DNA from: an uncultured Gemmatimonadales bacterium
GTDB taxonomy: Bacteria; Gemmatimonadota; Gemmatimonadetes; Gemmatimonadales; GWC2-71-9
Direction of reading: 5' to 3'
Assembly: GCA_963846545.1 (NCBI GenBank)
Contig: CAWJWG010000001.1
Location: 1,162,055-1,226,054, forward strand
Length of the DNA: 64,000 nt
Made by a program: the position numbers and the translations under genes. The notes beneath the pieces were generated by a model. It searched no databases and was not told the DNA's origin. It worked only from the letters and a program-made list of their open reading frames with translations. Position 1 is the stretch's first letter, and each line of letters starts with the position of its first letter. This document shows positions 30,885 through 40,711 of the stretch, in pieces.

Positions 30885-31954
30885 TGCCGATACCGGTGAA
30901 GGTCGCCGTTGCCGCCGATGGCGATGAGTCCGTCCTCCAGAGCGATGGGTCCGAGCTCGATCGGCCGCCAGAGCTGAACCCGCCACACTTCCTTGCCGTC
31001 CGGCCGGAACGCGCGGACGGTGCCGTCCGCTCCGCCGAGGAGGAGCTCGCCATTGATGGCCATGACCGGCGCCGTCACGGCCCAGTCCAGCTCGACCAAC
31101 CGCTCCCCGACGGGCGCCGTCCCGGGCCCGATGCGGTACAGCGTTCCGCGCCGGCTCACGGCGTAGAGGGTGTCGCCCAGTGCGGCCGGTGATCCGAGCA
31201 CCGGCGCGTCGAGGCGGACGCTCCACCGCTGGACCAGGTCCGCGGTGCCGAGTGCCACCACCTGGCTGTCGGTTGTACCCGCCACGAGCGCATCGCCTCG
31301 GGTCAGCCAAGGCGACACGATCGTACCCGGCGAGCGCACGCGATGCGTCACGACGCCGTTCTCCGCCTGGAGACGGTAGATCGAGTCCACCGCGGCGACG
31401 ATCACGCCACCGTCCCCGGTCGCCAGGGGCGCGATCCGCGCCATCCCCATCCCCCGCCGCCACCGCACGGACCCGTCCCGGGCGTTCAGTCCAATCAAAG
31501 CGCCTCGCTGGGCGGACACGATGATCGTCCCGCCCGCGATCGTGAGGGGGGCTGCCACAGGCCCGGTCTTGCTCCGCCAGATCCGCTTGCCCGTCGCGCG
31601 GTGGAGGGCGTACACCCGACCCTCGGGCCTCGAGCTGGCCGCGTAGACCGTATCGCCCGAGACGAGCACTCCGCCGGCGATCAGCCCGGACAGCCGGCTG
31701 GACCAGAGAACGGCCCCGGTGGCGAGGTCCACCGCGTACACCTTCCGATCGACGCCAGCCCCGTAGATCCGGTCGCCGTCGATCACCAGCCTGCCGGTGA
31801 GCCGGCGGCCGGCCCGCGTCGCCCAGACCTGCGTCGGGGCTGCAGCGGATGCCACGCCGTCGACCATCGGGGTGGCCGGTGGTGGACGATAGGCGGTGCA
31901 GGCCGCGTTGACGCTCCCCAGGAGGAGGACTAGACTCAACGCTCCGCGCTTCAC
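30881..31954 (-). CDS. PQQ-like beta-propeller lipoprotein (BamB-like)
   Basis: It has repeated propeller motifs: '[15 protein letters not shown]', '[15 protein letters not shown]', '[15 protein letters not shown]' and '[15 protein letters not shown]'. The GTG at 31954 gives the lipoprotein-like leader '[19 protein letters not shown]'. The ATG at 32113 would overlap asnS. Confidence 0.65.
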   Translation of the reverse strand: MKRGALSLVLLLGSVNAACTAYRPPPATPMVDGVASAAAPTQVWATRAGRRLTGRLVIDGDRIYGAGVDRKVYAVDLATGAVLWSSRLSGLIAGGVLVSGDTVYAASSRPEGRVYALHRATGKRIWRSKTGPVAAPLTIAGGTIIVSAQRGALIGLNARDGSVRWRRGMGMARIAPLATGDGGVIVAAVDSIYRLQAENGVVTHRVRSPGTIVSPWLTRGDALVAGTTDSQVVALGTADLVQRWSVRLDAPVLGSPAALGDTLYAVSRRGTLYRIGPGTAPVGERLVELDWAVTAPVMAINGELLLGGADGTVRAFRPDGKEVWRVQLWRPIELGPIALEDGLIAIGGNGDLHRYRQ

Positions 31955-31978
31955 CCTTCCCCCGCACACGGACGAGAC

Positions 31979-33274
31979 ATGCCGGCGGTCCAGATCAGCG
32001 AGCTGCGCGCGCACGCCGGCGAGACGGTGACCTTGCGCGGCTGGGTGGTCACCACCCGGTCGAGCGGGAAGATCGCGTTCGTCGTCCTGCGCGATGGCTC
32101 GGGCATGGTGCAAGGGGTCCTATCCAAGAAGGAAGTGCCGGACTCCGTCTGGAGCGCGTTCGCCGCCCTGACGCAGGAGGCGAGCGTGGCGCTGACAGGG
32201 CTCGTGCGCGAGGAGCCGCGCTCCCCGGGTGGGTTCGAGCTGACGGTGACCGGTCTCGAGCTGCTCGGCCCGAGCCACGAGTACCCGATCACCCCTAAAG
32301 AGCATGGGACGACTTTCCTCTTCGAGCATAGACACCTCTGGCTCCGAAGCCGGAAGCAGGCCGCCGTGGCCCGCGTGCGTCACGAGGTCGAGCAGGCCAT
32401 CCGTGACTACTTCTACGACGGCGGCTTCACCCTGGTGGATACGCCGATCCTGACCGGCGCGATCGGTGAGGAAGCGGGAAACCTCTTCGCGACCGAGTAC
32501 TTCGACCTGGGCAAGGCCTACCTCGCGCAGACCGGACAGCTCTACGTCGAGGCCGCCGCCGCAGCCTTCGGCAAGGTCTACTGCTTCGGCCCCACCTTCC
32601 GGGCGGAGAAGTCGAAGACCCGGCGACACCTGACCGAGTTCTGGATGGTCGAGCCGGAGGTGGCGTTCAACGACTCGGACGCCAACATGCGGTTGCAGGA
32701 GTCGTTCGTCAGCTCCATCGTGGCCCGGGCGCTCGACCGCCGCAAGGAAGAGCTCAAGGAGCTCGAGCGCGACGTGGCGCCGCTGGAGCGGGTGACGGCT
32801 CCGTTCCCTCGAATCTCCTACACCGACGCGGTCGCCCGGCTCAACGCGCTCGGATCCGACCTCGTGTGGGGCTCCGACCTCGGGGGCGACGACGAAACGC
32901 TCCTGGCGAAGGAGTACGACCGGCCGGTCTTCGTCTACAATTACCCGAAGCAGGTGAAGGCCTTCTACATGAAGGAAAACCCGGACGACCCGCGGACGGT
33001 ACTCAACAACGACTGTCTGGCGCCCGAGGGATACGGTGAGATCATCGGGGGCTCACAGCGGGAAGACGATCACGATCGACTGCTGGCCCGCATCCACGAG
33101 CAGGGGCTCGATCCCGAGGTCTACCGCTGGTATCTCGACCTCCGGAAGTATGGCACCTTCGTTCACTCGGGGTTCGGGCTCGGATTGGAGCGGACCGTCG
33201 CGTGGATCTGCGGCATTCCTCACGTCAGGGAAGCCATCGCCTTTCCCCGTCAGATTCACCGCCTCTATCCCTGA
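31979..33274 (+). CDS. asnS: Asparagine--tRNA ligase
   Basis: 431 aa class IIb aaRS with an OB-fold N-terminus and the motifs '[21 protein letters not shown]', 'GGSQRE' and '[13 protein letters not shown]'. The Asn versus Asp call rests on length and motif memory. Confidence 0.8.
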   Translation: MPAVQISELRAHAGETVTLRGWVVTTRSSGKIAFVVLRDGSGMVQGVLSKKEVPDSVWSAFAALTQEASVALTGLVREEPRSPGGFELTVTGLELLGPSHEYPITPKEHGTTFLFEHRHLWLRSRKQAAVARVRHEVEQAIRDYFYDGGFTLVDTPILTGAIGEEAGNLFATEYFDLGKAYLAQTGQLYVEAAAAAFGKVYCFGPTFRAEKSKTRRHLTEFWMVEPEVAFNDSDANMRLQESFVSSIVARALDRRKEELKELERDVAPLERVTAPFPRISYTDAVARLNALGSDLVWGSDLGGDDETLLAKEYDRPVFVYNYPKQVKAFYMKENPDDPRTVLNNDCLAPEGYGEIIGGSQREDDHDRLLARIHEQGLDPEVYRWYLDLRKYGTFVHSGFGLGLERTVAWICGIPHVREAIAFPRQIHRLYP

Positions 33275-34023
33275 CTCCTCGCGGCCTTCACCTCGTCCCA
33301 CAAGCCGTCCAGCACCTCCAGCCCCGCCGAATCCAGGTCGATGCCGCGCTCCGCGCAGAGCGCCTCGACCGCCTCGAACCGATCGCTGAACTTGCGGCTG
33401 GCTCCGTCGAGGGCGGTGCCGGGCTGCACGCCTGCCTTCCGGGCCAGGTTGACGACCGCGAACAGGAGGTCGCCGATCTCGTCGCGAAGCCGCTCACGCT
33501 GGTCGCCCGAGGGCGAAAGCTCCCGCTCGACCTCGGCGAGCTCCTCGCGGACCTTGGCGAGCGGGCCTTCCACGTCCGGCCAGTCGAAACCCACGGAAGC
33601 CGCGCGCTCCTGGAGACGGAAGGCCTTGAGCAGCGGTGGCAGGGTCTGCACGATACCGGCCAGGGTCTTGCCGCGGCGCTCCCGACGCTTGATCCGCTCC
33701 CACGGTTCGGCGTCACCGAGATCGAAGAGGTGCGGGTGGCGGCGCCGCATCTTCTGCTCCAGCCGTTCGGCGACGTCGGCCGCGACGAACTCCCGCCGCT
33801 CCTCCGCGATCACCAGCTGGAACGCCAGGTGGAGCAGGAGATCGCTCAGCTCGTCACGGATCGGCTCGGGGTCGCCCTCGCCCAAGGCCTGGTCGAGCTC
33901 CAGGACTTCCTCGACCAGGTAGGGGCGGAGCGTCTCACGGGTCTGCGCGCGGTCCCAGGGGCATCGGCTCCGGAGATCGCGCACCATCGCGAGAGCACGT
34001 CCAAGCGCTGAATTCTCTTGCAT
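33265..34023 (-). CDS. mazG: Nucleoside triphosphate pyrophosphohydrolase MazG
   Basis: 252 aa with two tandem MazG repeats: '[23 protein letters not shown]' and '[15 protein letters not shown]'-like ('[18 protein letters not shown]'). Confidence 0.85.
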   Translation of the reverse strand: MQENSALGRALAMVRDLRSRCPWDRAQTRETLRPYLVEEVLELDQALGEGDPEPIRDELSDLLLHLAFQLVIAEERREFVAADVAERLEQKMRRRHPHLFDLGDAEPWERIKRRERRGKTLAGIVQTLPPLLKAFRLQERAASVGFDWPDVEGPLAKVREELAEVERELSPSGDQRERLRDEIGDLLFAVVNLARKAGVQPGTALDGASRKFSDRFEAVEALCAERGIDLDSAGLEVLDGLWDEVKAARSQG

Positions 34024-34062
34024 TTACCCCCCGCGCCCCGTTAGATTCGCGCCGCTTTGTCC

Positions 34063-35151
34063 ATGACCTCTCCGACCGACACGACCCGCGCCTGGGTCGA
34101 CATCGACCTCCGCGCCCTGGTGGCCAACGCGCGCACCATCGCCGACGTGTCTCACGCCCGCCTCCTGCCGATGGTCAAAGCTAACGGCTACGGATTGGGA
34201 GCAGTTGCGGTCGCCGGGGCGCTCGAGTCCCTGGATCCGTGGGGCTACGGCGTGGCCACGGTAGGCGAGGCCACGGCACTCCGGGCCGGCGGAATCGAGC
34301 GGCCCCTTCTCGTGGTCAGCCCGCTCACCGATGAGACCCTGGAGGCGACCAGCGAGCACCAGCTTCGCCCGGTGATCGGCGACCCCGCCATGCTTCGGCG
34401 CTGGCTGTCACGCTCGAGCGGTCCGTTTCACCTCGAGATCGACACCGGGATGAGCCGCGCGGGGATCCGGTGGAACGATTCAGGGGGCCTGGCAGACGCG
34501 GCGTCGGCGCTTCGCGACGCCGGCGGCTGGGAGGGCGTCTTCACCCACTTTCACTCGGCGGACAGCGATTCGGGATCGGTGGCGACGCAGTGGAGCCGGT
34601 TCCAGTCGGCCATTGCCGCGCTTCCCCAGCGCACGGTGCTGGTGCACGCAGCCAACAGTGCCGCGTCCCTCCGCGGTCGAGACTACGCCGCCGATCTGGT
34701 CCGACCCGGGATCTTCCTGTACGGCGGGAGCGCCGGTGCAGGGAAGCCGGCGCCTCGGCCGGTGGCGGCGCTGCGGGCCCGGGTGGTGGCGGTCCGACGG
34801 ATCGCGGCGGGAGAGAGCGTGAGCTATGGCGGCACCTGGTCCACACCGCGCGACACCACCATCGCCACCCTCGGTATCGGGTACGCCGACGGGATGCTGC
34901 GGGCTGCCGGCCGGGGCAAGGACGATGCCCCGCGCGAGGTGGAGCTGCGCGGTCGGCGCGTGCCCGTGGTGGGACGGGTGACGATGGACATGACCATGGT
35001 CACCGTGGACGATGGCGCGGTGTCCATCGGCGACATCGCCACGATCTTCGGCGGACTGGTGTCGCTCGACGAGCAGGCCGCCCGAGCCTGGACGATCTCC
35101 TACGAGCTGCTGACCGCCCTCGGCCACCGCCTGCCGCGGCGGTACCGGTGA
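34063..35151 (+). CDS. alr: Alanine racemase
   Basis: 'WVDIDLRALVAN' and 'MVKANGYGLG' (the PLP lysine). Length is ~362 aa. An alternative TTG start lies at 34057. Confidence 0.9.
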   Translation: MTSPTDTTRAWVDIDLRALVANARTIADVSHARLLPMVKANGYGLGAVAVAGALESLDPWGYGVATVGEATALRAGGIERPLLVVSPLTDETLEATSEHQLRPVIGDPAMLRRWLSRSSGPFHLEIDTGMSRAGIRWNDSGGLADAASALRDAGGWEGVFTHFHSADSDSGSVATQWSRFQSAIAALPQRTVLVHAANSAASLRGRDYAADLVRPGIFLYGGSAGAGKPAPRPVAALRARVVAVRRIAAGESVSYGGTWSTPRDTTIATLGIGYADGMLRAAGRGKDDAPREVELRGRRVPVVGRVTMDMTMVTVDDGAVSIGDIATIFGGLVSLDEQAARAWTISYELLTALGHRLPRRYR

Positions 35152-36314
35152 GCCGACGCGCCGCGATCATCGTTCTCGACGGCGTGGGGATCGGTCCCGC
35201 GAAGGACACGGACGCGTACGGAGACCGGGGCAGCGACACCCTCGGCAACGTCGCCCGGCAGGCCCGCCTGTCTTTGCCGAGGTTGGCGGCGCTCGGCCTC
35301 GGGCGCTGCGCCTCGCTGCCAGGGGTGCCGGCGGTGGAGACTCCGTCCGCGGCGTACGGAATCTGCGAGCCGGTGAGCCCGGGGAAGGACAGCACGACCG
35401 GGCATTGGGAGATCTGCGGCCTCACCCTCGCCCAGCCGTTCCCGGTCTATCCAGGAGGGTTTCCCGCGGCGGTGGTGGATGAATTCGCACGGCTCACGGG
35501 CCGGGGGGTGTTGGGTAACGTCGCGGCGTCCGGGACCGGCATTCTGGACACCCATGGCGAGGAGCATTGCCGCACCGGTCGGTGGATCGTGTACACCTCC
35601 GCCGACAGCGTTTTCCAGATCGCGGCCCACGAGGACACCGTCCCCGTCGCCGAGCTGTACGCGGCGTGCGAGCAGGCCAGGCGTCTGCTTCAGGGCGAGC
35701 ACGGCGTCTCCCGTATCATTGCGCGCCCCTTTGTGGGCAAGCCGGGGGCCTGGTCTCGGACGCCCCGCCGCAAGGACTACAGCCTGCCGCCGCCGGGGCC
35801 GACATTGCTGGACCGCCTCGCCGAGCGGCACATCCCCCGCGTGGGTGTGGGCAAGGTGGACGACCTGTTCGCGGGACGGGGGATCTCGAGCATCCACACG
35901 GCGACGAACGCCGATGCCTACACGTTGATCGAAGGTGCTCTGCTGGCGATGGAGCGCGGTCTGCTGCTGGCCAACGTGATCGAGTTCGACCAGACGTGGG
36001 GCCATCGGAACGACGTGCCGGGCTTCGTGCGCGGCCTCGAGGAGCTGGATCGCCGGTTGCCCCGGCTGCTGGCCCCGGTTCGGCCGGATGACCTCGTTAT
36101 CTTTACCGCCGATCACGGCAACGACCCGACGACGCCGTCCACGGATCATTCGCGCGAGGTGGTGCCGCTGCTCGTCACCGGCCCGCGCATCCGGCCGGTC
36201 GATCTGGGCCGACGCGCCACGATGGCGGACATCGGCCAGACCGTGGCCGAGTTTCTCGGGGTGCCCGCGCTGTCGACGGGCACCTCCTTCCTGACCGAGG
36301 TCTGGATTGACTGA
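35148..36314 (+). CDS. deoB: Phosphopentomutase
   Basis: The GTG at 35148 overlaps the alr stop. Motifs include 'IVLDGVGIG', '[10 protein letters not shown]' and '[10 protein letters not shown]'. The listed 34470 start is a frame extension over alr. Confidence 0.9.
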   Translation: MSRRAAIIVLDGVGIGPAKDTDAYGDRGSDTLGNVARQARLSLPRLAALGLGRCASLPGVPAVETPSAAYGICEPVSPGKDSTTGHWEICGLTLAQPFPVYPGGFPAAVVDEFARLTGRGVLGNVAASGTGILDTHGEEHCRTGRWIVYTSADSVFQIAAHEDTVPVAELYAACEQARRLLQGEHGVSRIIARPFVGKPGAWSRTPRRKDYSLPPPGPTLLDRLAERHIPRVGVGKVDDLFAGRGISSIHTATNADAYTLIEGALLAMERGLLLANVIEFDQTWGHRNDVPGFVRGLEELDRRLPRLLAPVRPDDLVIFTADHGNDPTTPSTDHSREVVPLLVTGPRIRPVDLGRRATMADIGQTVAEFLGVPALSTGTSFLTEVWID

Positions 36315-36693
36315 CCCCCTGGTGCACGCGGCGCGCGCCGCTCAGGCGCGAGCCTACGCCCCGTACTCGAACTTCCGCGTCGGTGCGGCGCTCGAGAGCG
36401 AGGGCGGAGAGATCTACGTCGGCTGCAACGTCGAGAATGCGTCCTACGGACTGACCATCTGCGCGGAGCGGGCGGCGGTCTGCGCCGCGGTGGCGGCGGG
36501 GGCGCAGCGCTTCCGCCGAGCGGTGGTCGTGACGGACGCGGACCCGCCCGCGGCGCCATGCGGCGCGTGCCGCCAGGTGCTGGCCGAATTCGGCCGGGAC
36601 CTGCGGGTGGATGCGGTCGGCCGAAAGGCGACCGCGAGCTGGACGATGGCGGAGCTCCTCCCCTCGGCATTCGGCCGGGACCAGCTGTCGTGA
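36307..36693 (+). CDS. cdd: Cytidine deaminase
   Basis: 128 aa with '[13 protein letters not shown]', 'CAERAAV' and '[12 protein letters not shown]'. Confidence 0.85.
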   Translation: MTDPLVHAARAAQARAYAPYSNFRVGAALESEGGEIYVGCNVENASYGLTICAERAAVCAAVAAGAQRFRRAVVVTDADPPAAPCGACRQVLAEFGRDLRVDAVGRKATASWTMAELLPSAFGRDQLS

Positions 36694-37904
36694 GGCGCGG
36701 TCTCGGATGGCTCACCGCCCTCGCGGCCCTCGGGGTGGTGAATGTCGGTTGCCAGGAGCGGCTCACGGCCCCCGCCGACTGTCCCGCGCTCTGTCCCGGC
36801 GGCGAGGTCCGTGTCTTCGACACCGTGCTGACCCCACTCCCCAACTCGGACACCAGCTACACCGGATACGTGGCCAGGACCTCGCCCGGCGCGCTGCTCG
36901 TGTCGAACGGGTTGCCGGCGTCCCAGGACCGCGCGGTCTACCGATTCAATGCCCGGCCCGACTCGATCGATGTTCGCGACACGCTGCGGCCGTACGTGGT
37001 GGACTCCGCCCTGCTGTCGCTCAACCTGATCGCGCGCGACACCGCGGTGAACGGGCTCAAGCTGTACCTCTACCGGATCGACCCCGGGGTGGACATCGAC
37101 GACACCTTCGCGTCCATCACCCAGCAGCTGGTGCCGGCCGCCATCATCGACAGCGTCCTGGTGGCCGACAGCGTGACGTCCGGCCTGGTGCAGACCGTGC
37201 TCCGCGGAGCGGACGTCGCCAAGGTGGCGCTGCCGACCGGAGCGGGAGGCGTGCTCGCCGTCGGCATCGCCATGGCGGCCGACCAACCCACCGGTGTGCG
37301 CATCGGCTCCTCCGCCTCCGGTACCGGTGCCACGTTCATCAGCTACGTCACGGTGGACGTGCCGGACACCGGTTCGGTCCGCCGGCAGAGTCTGACGAGG
37401 GCGCCGGCCTTCAACGCGTACTTCACCGAGGCTCCGCTCGTTCCGGACCCCGCGTTTCTCACCGTCGGCGGCGAGCCGTCCTCGCGCGCGCTGCTCCGCT
37501 TCGACCTGCCGGAGCCGATCGAGGACTCCGCCACCATCGTCCGCGCCACGCTCGAGCTGATACCGCAGTCGCCGATGCTGGGCCTCCCGGGCGATCCGGC
37601 GCTGCTGCAGGCCAAGGCGCTGCTCGCGGACCTGGGAGCCAAGTCACCGGTCACCATGGACGAACGCTTCATCACGGCCGACACGCTGGCCGTCGGCGGA
37701 ACGGACACAGTCCGACTGGACATGACGCCGCTGGTGCGCCTGTGGCAGGCGTCCACCGAGCGGCCTGAAGCGGTGTTCCTGTCGCTCCTGCCCGAGGCGG
37801 GAAGCTTCACGCGTCCCGTGTTCGGCTCCACTCGATCGGGAACGGTCGGGGCGCCACGCCTTCGGATCACCTACCTCAAGCCCTTCCCCTTCGAGAACCC
37901 GTAA
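36690..37904 (+). CDS. Putative lipoprotein, function unknown
   Basis: The GTG at 36690 overlaps the cdd stop and gives the leader '[23 protein letters not shown]' (Cys after the hydrophobic core). The rest is beta-rich with no recognised motif. Confidence 0.5.
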   Translation: MRRGLGWLTALAALGVVNVGCQERLTAPADCPALCPGGEVRVFDTVLTPLPNSDTSYTGYVARTSPGALLVSNGLPASQDRAVYRFNARPDSIDVRDTLRPYVVDSALLSLNLIARDTAVNGLKLYLYRIDPGVDIDDTFASITQQLVPAAIIDSVLVADSVTSGLVQTVLRGADVAKVALPTGAGGVLAVGIAMAADQPTGVRIGSSASGTGATFISYVTVDVPDTGSVRRQSLTRAPAFNAYFTEAPLVPDPAFLTVGGEPSSRALLRFDLPEPIEDSATIVRATLELIPQSPMLGLPGDPALLQAKALLADLGAKSPVTMDERFITADTLAVGGTDTVRLDMTPLVRLWQASTERPEAVFLSLLPEAGSFTRPVFGSTRSGTVGAPRLRITYLKPFPFENP

Positions 37905-39041
37905 GTGCGACGCCTCTTCGTCATCGGTCTTCTGGCGCTCTCGCCGGCCACAGTGGTCGCCCAGGCCTCGCAGTTCGGCGTGCGCGGACTCGGTGTGCCG
38001 GGTCGGGCACTCTCGACTCGCGCGCTCGGCACCTCCGGCGCGTTCGGCATGTTCGACGCGGAATCGGGGCTCAACCCGGCGTCGTTGAGCGGTCTGGTCG
38101 CCATGACTGCAAATTTCAACGCGATGCAGTCCTACCGGACCGCGGAGAATACCGCCGGCTCGGAGTCGCTCCGCGACACCCGTTTCCCCTACGTCGCCGT
38201 CGGCGGGCCGATCCGAACCACGCCATTGGTGGTCGGGATCGGGTACTCGACCTACACCAACCGTGACTTCACGATCGCCACCCGGGACACGGTCGAGCTG
38301 CGGGACGTGCTGGTGCCGGTGGACGACACCCTCTCGAGTCGGGGGGGGCTGAGCGACCTCCGGCTGGGCGCCTCCTACAAGCTGAAGGAGCGAACCGTCC
38401 TCGGCGGCGCGTTCCACATCATTACCGGCTCCAATCGACTCGAGTCGCACCGGACCTTCGCCGACGCGCAGTATCTGCCGGTGGAGCAGAGCGCGGAGCT
38501 CTCATACGCCGGTGTCGGCATCGGCGTCGGCGTGGTCCAGCAGATGGGCTCGCGGCTCTGGGTGGCGGCCATCGCCCGGGGCGACAGCAAAGCCATCGTG
38601 GACCGCGATTCGGCGCGGGCATCGCAGGTGGACCTCCCGTACACGCTGGGCGCCGCGGTCCGGTGGAATGCGAGCGCCAAGCTCGACCTGGCCGGGCACG
38701 GCATCTTCCGGACCTGGTCCGGCGCCAACAGTGACCTCCTGGCCTCGGGTGGCACGGGCGCCGACAACACCTTCGAGGCCGCCGTCGGCGGTGAATACAT
38801 CGGCGACCCCCGGCGTCCGTATCGGCGCCCGATTCGCTTCGGTGCCCACTACGCCACGCTGCCTTTCCCGATCCAGCCCGGCGTGCAGCCCACCGAGTTC
38901 GGCGTCTCGGTCGGCAGCGGGATCCGGTTCGCCCAGGACCGGGCCGGGATCGATCTGGCCGTGGAGCATCTCTGGCGCTCGGCCGGGGACTTCAAGGAGC
39001 GGGCGTTCGTGATCTCCTTCGGGGTCGGCGTCCGGCCCTGA
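37905..39041 (+). CDS. Putative outer-membrane beta-barrel (FadL/PorV-like N-terminal motif)
   Basis: It has the signal peptide 'MRRLFVIGLLALSPATVVAQA' and the motif 'GTSGAFGMFDAESGLNPASL'. Amphipathic beta strands alternate through the protein, which ends in 'FVISFGVGVRP'. It starts immediately after the upstream stop. Confidence 0.55.
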   Translation: MRRLFVIGLLALSPATVVAQASQFGVRGLGVPGRALSTRALGTSGAFGMFDAESGLNPASLSGLVAMTANFNAMQSYRTAENTAGSESLRDTRFPYVAVGGPIRTTPLVVGIGYSTYTNRDFTIATRDTVELRDVLVPVDDTLSSRGGLSDLRLGASYKLKERTVLGGAFHIITGSNRLESHRTFADAQYLPVEQSAELSYAGVGIGVGVVQQMGSRLWVAAIARGDSKAIVDRDSARASQVDLPYTLGAAVRWNASAKLDLAGHGIFRTWSGANSDLLASGGTGADNTFEAAVGGEYIGDPRRPYRRPIRFGAHYATLPFPIQPGVQPTEFGVSVGSGIRFAQDRAGIDLAVEHLWRSAGDFKERAFVISFGVGVRP

Positions 39042-39085
39042 GGGCGCACGCTGCCGCGCGCCGCTCCGCCCGCTATCTTCTCCCC

Positions 39086-40399
39086 ATGGTCAAGCGCGTC
39101 TACATCGAGACTTACGGCTGCCAGATGAACGTGGCCGACTCCGAGCTGATGTTCGGACTGCTCGGTCGGGAGGGCTACGAGCGCACGGCACAGCCGGACG
39201 ATGCGGACGTGATGCTGGTCAACACCTGCGCGGTGCGCGACCATGCCGAGCAGCGGGTGATCGGGCGGGTCGGGGAGCTGCAGCGCTACAAGCGCGCGGG
39301 TGCCGTGCTGGGCGTGGTGGGATGCATGGCGCAGCGTCTGGGCCCGAAACTCCTGGCCCAGGTGCCGCGGGTCGACCTGGTGGTCGGTCCCGATGCCTAT
39401 CGCAATCTGGGGCAGCTCATCGGGCTCGCGGGGGCGGGGCAGCGATTGACCGACACCGAGTTCCGGTCCTGGGAGCACTACGAGGACGTCCCCGCGGTGC
39501 GGGAGAAGGGTCCGACGGCGTTCGTCACGGTACAGCGCGGCTGCGACTACCGCTGCACCTTCTGCATCGTGCCCCAGACTCGTGGGCCGGAGCGCAGCCG
39601 CCGACTCGCCGACGTGGTCGCGGAGATCCGCGGCCTGGCGGAGCGGGGAACCACCGAAGTCACGCTCCTGGGGCAGACGGTCAACTCGTACCACGACGGC
39701 GACCACGATTTCGCCGATCTGCTGCGCGCCGTAGGAGAGGTGGATGGGATTCGCCGGCTGCGATTCACCAGCCCCTATCCCACCGACTTCACGCCGCGGG
39801 TCATCGCCGCCATGGCCGACACGGCCGCCGTGTGCGAGCACGTGCATCTCCCGGTGCAGAGCGGCTCCAACGCGGTGCTGCGGCGGATGCTGCGGCGGTA
39901 CACGCGGGAGCGCTATCTCGAGGTGATGGCCGACCTGCGGGCCGCCATGCCTGGGATGACGTTCTCCACCGACATCATCGTCGGGTTCCCGGGCGAGACC
40001 GAGGCGCAGTTCGAGGAGACGCTGAGTCTCGTCACCGAGGCCGATTTCGACGATGCCTACACGTTCAAGTATTCGGTCCGGGAGGGCACGCCCGCCGTGC
40101 GGCTCCAGGATCACGTGGACGACGCCGTCGGCTCGGAGCGGTTGGCGCGCCTCATCGAGGCCGTCCGGGGCAACGCCCGGCGCAAGCGTCTCTCCCGCCT
40201 CGGCGAGGAGCACGAGGTGCTCGTCGAGCGCCGAGCCAAGCGGGGTCACCTCATGCTCGCGCGCACGCGCACCAATCACCTGGTCCTGGTCGACCTCCCG
40301 GGGGAAACCGTCGGCGAATATCATCGCGTCCGACTCAGCGGTACCACCGGCTCCACCTTCACCGGCGCGGTGGTCACACCGGCCCTGGCGGTCCTGTGA
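39086..40399 (+). CDS. miaB: tRNA-2-methylthio-N6-dimethylallyladenosine synthase MiaB (radical SAM methylthiotransferase)
   Basis: 'YIETYGCQMNVADSE' and 'GCDYRCTFCIVP', with a C-terminal TRAM-like region. Confidence 0.85.
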   Translation: MVKRVYIETYGCQMNVADSELMFGLLGREGYERTAQPDDADVMLVNTCAVRDHAEQRVIGRVGELQRYKRAGAVLGVVGCMAQRLGPKLLAQVPRVDLVVGPDAYRNLGQLIGLAGAGQRLTDTEFRSWEHYEDVPAVREKGPTAFVTVQRGCDYRCTFCIVPQTRGPERSRRLADVVAEIRGLAERGTTEVTLLGQTVNSYHDGDHDFADLLRAVGEVDGIRRLRFTSPYPTDFTPRVIAAMADTAAVCEHVHLPVQSGSNAVLRRMLRRYTRERYLEVMADLRAAMPGMTFSTDIIVGFPGETEAQFEETLSLVTEADFDDAYTFKYSVREGTPAVRLQDHVDDAVGSERLARLIEAVRGNARRKRLSRLGEEHEVLVERRAKRGHLMLARTRTNHLVLVDLPGETVGEYHRVRLSGTTGSTFTGAVVTPALAVL

Positions 40400-40683
40400 T
40401 CCACAATCTGGTCGAGGAGCACGTCGTCGCGGCATACGACGCGATGCGGCCTCATTTCCCCGACTTCTGCGGCTGCGTGATCTGCCGCGAAGACGCTCTC
40501 GTCTACGCCCTCAATCGCATTCCGGCCCGGTACGTCTCGAGCACGACGGGATCCGTCGTGACCGAGGTCAACCTGGAGAAAGAACAGAGCCGCGCGGCCA
40601 TCGAGGTGGCGATGATGGATGGGCTCCGCAAGATCACGCTCGCGCCCAGGTGCGGGCGCAAGGGGAAAGCCGGGTCCAGCTAA
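40396..40683 (+). CDS. ComFB-family protein
   Basis: 95 aa: 'HNLVEEHVVAAYDAMRPHFPDFCGCVICREDALVYALNRIPARYV' fits the ComFB (late competence development) pattern. The GTG overlaps the miaB stop. Confidence 0.7.
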   Translation: MIHNLVEEHVVAAYDAMRPHFPDFCGCVICREDALVYALNRIPARYVSSTTGSVVTEVNLEKEQSRAAIEVAMMDGLRKITLAPRCGRKGKAGSS

Positions 40684-40688
40684 GCGTC

Positions 40689-40711
40689 GGGCCGCGGTGA
40701 GGCCGCGGCCC
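40689..40711 (+). promoter_or_regulatory. Perfect 9-bp GC hairpin over the candidate comEC start codon
   Basis: GGGCCGCGG (40689-40697) pairs with CCGCGGCCC (40703-40711) around a 5-nt loop. The GTG at 40697-40699 sits at the stem/loop junction. Confidence 0.35.

Noticed and set aside
31955-32113. The listed ATG start (32113) for the BamB-like gene, which gives 410 aa.
   Set aside because: It would overlap asnS on the opposite strand by about 135 nt and would add a non-hydrophobic 53-aa leader. The GTG at 31954 gives a lipoprotein-type signal directly.
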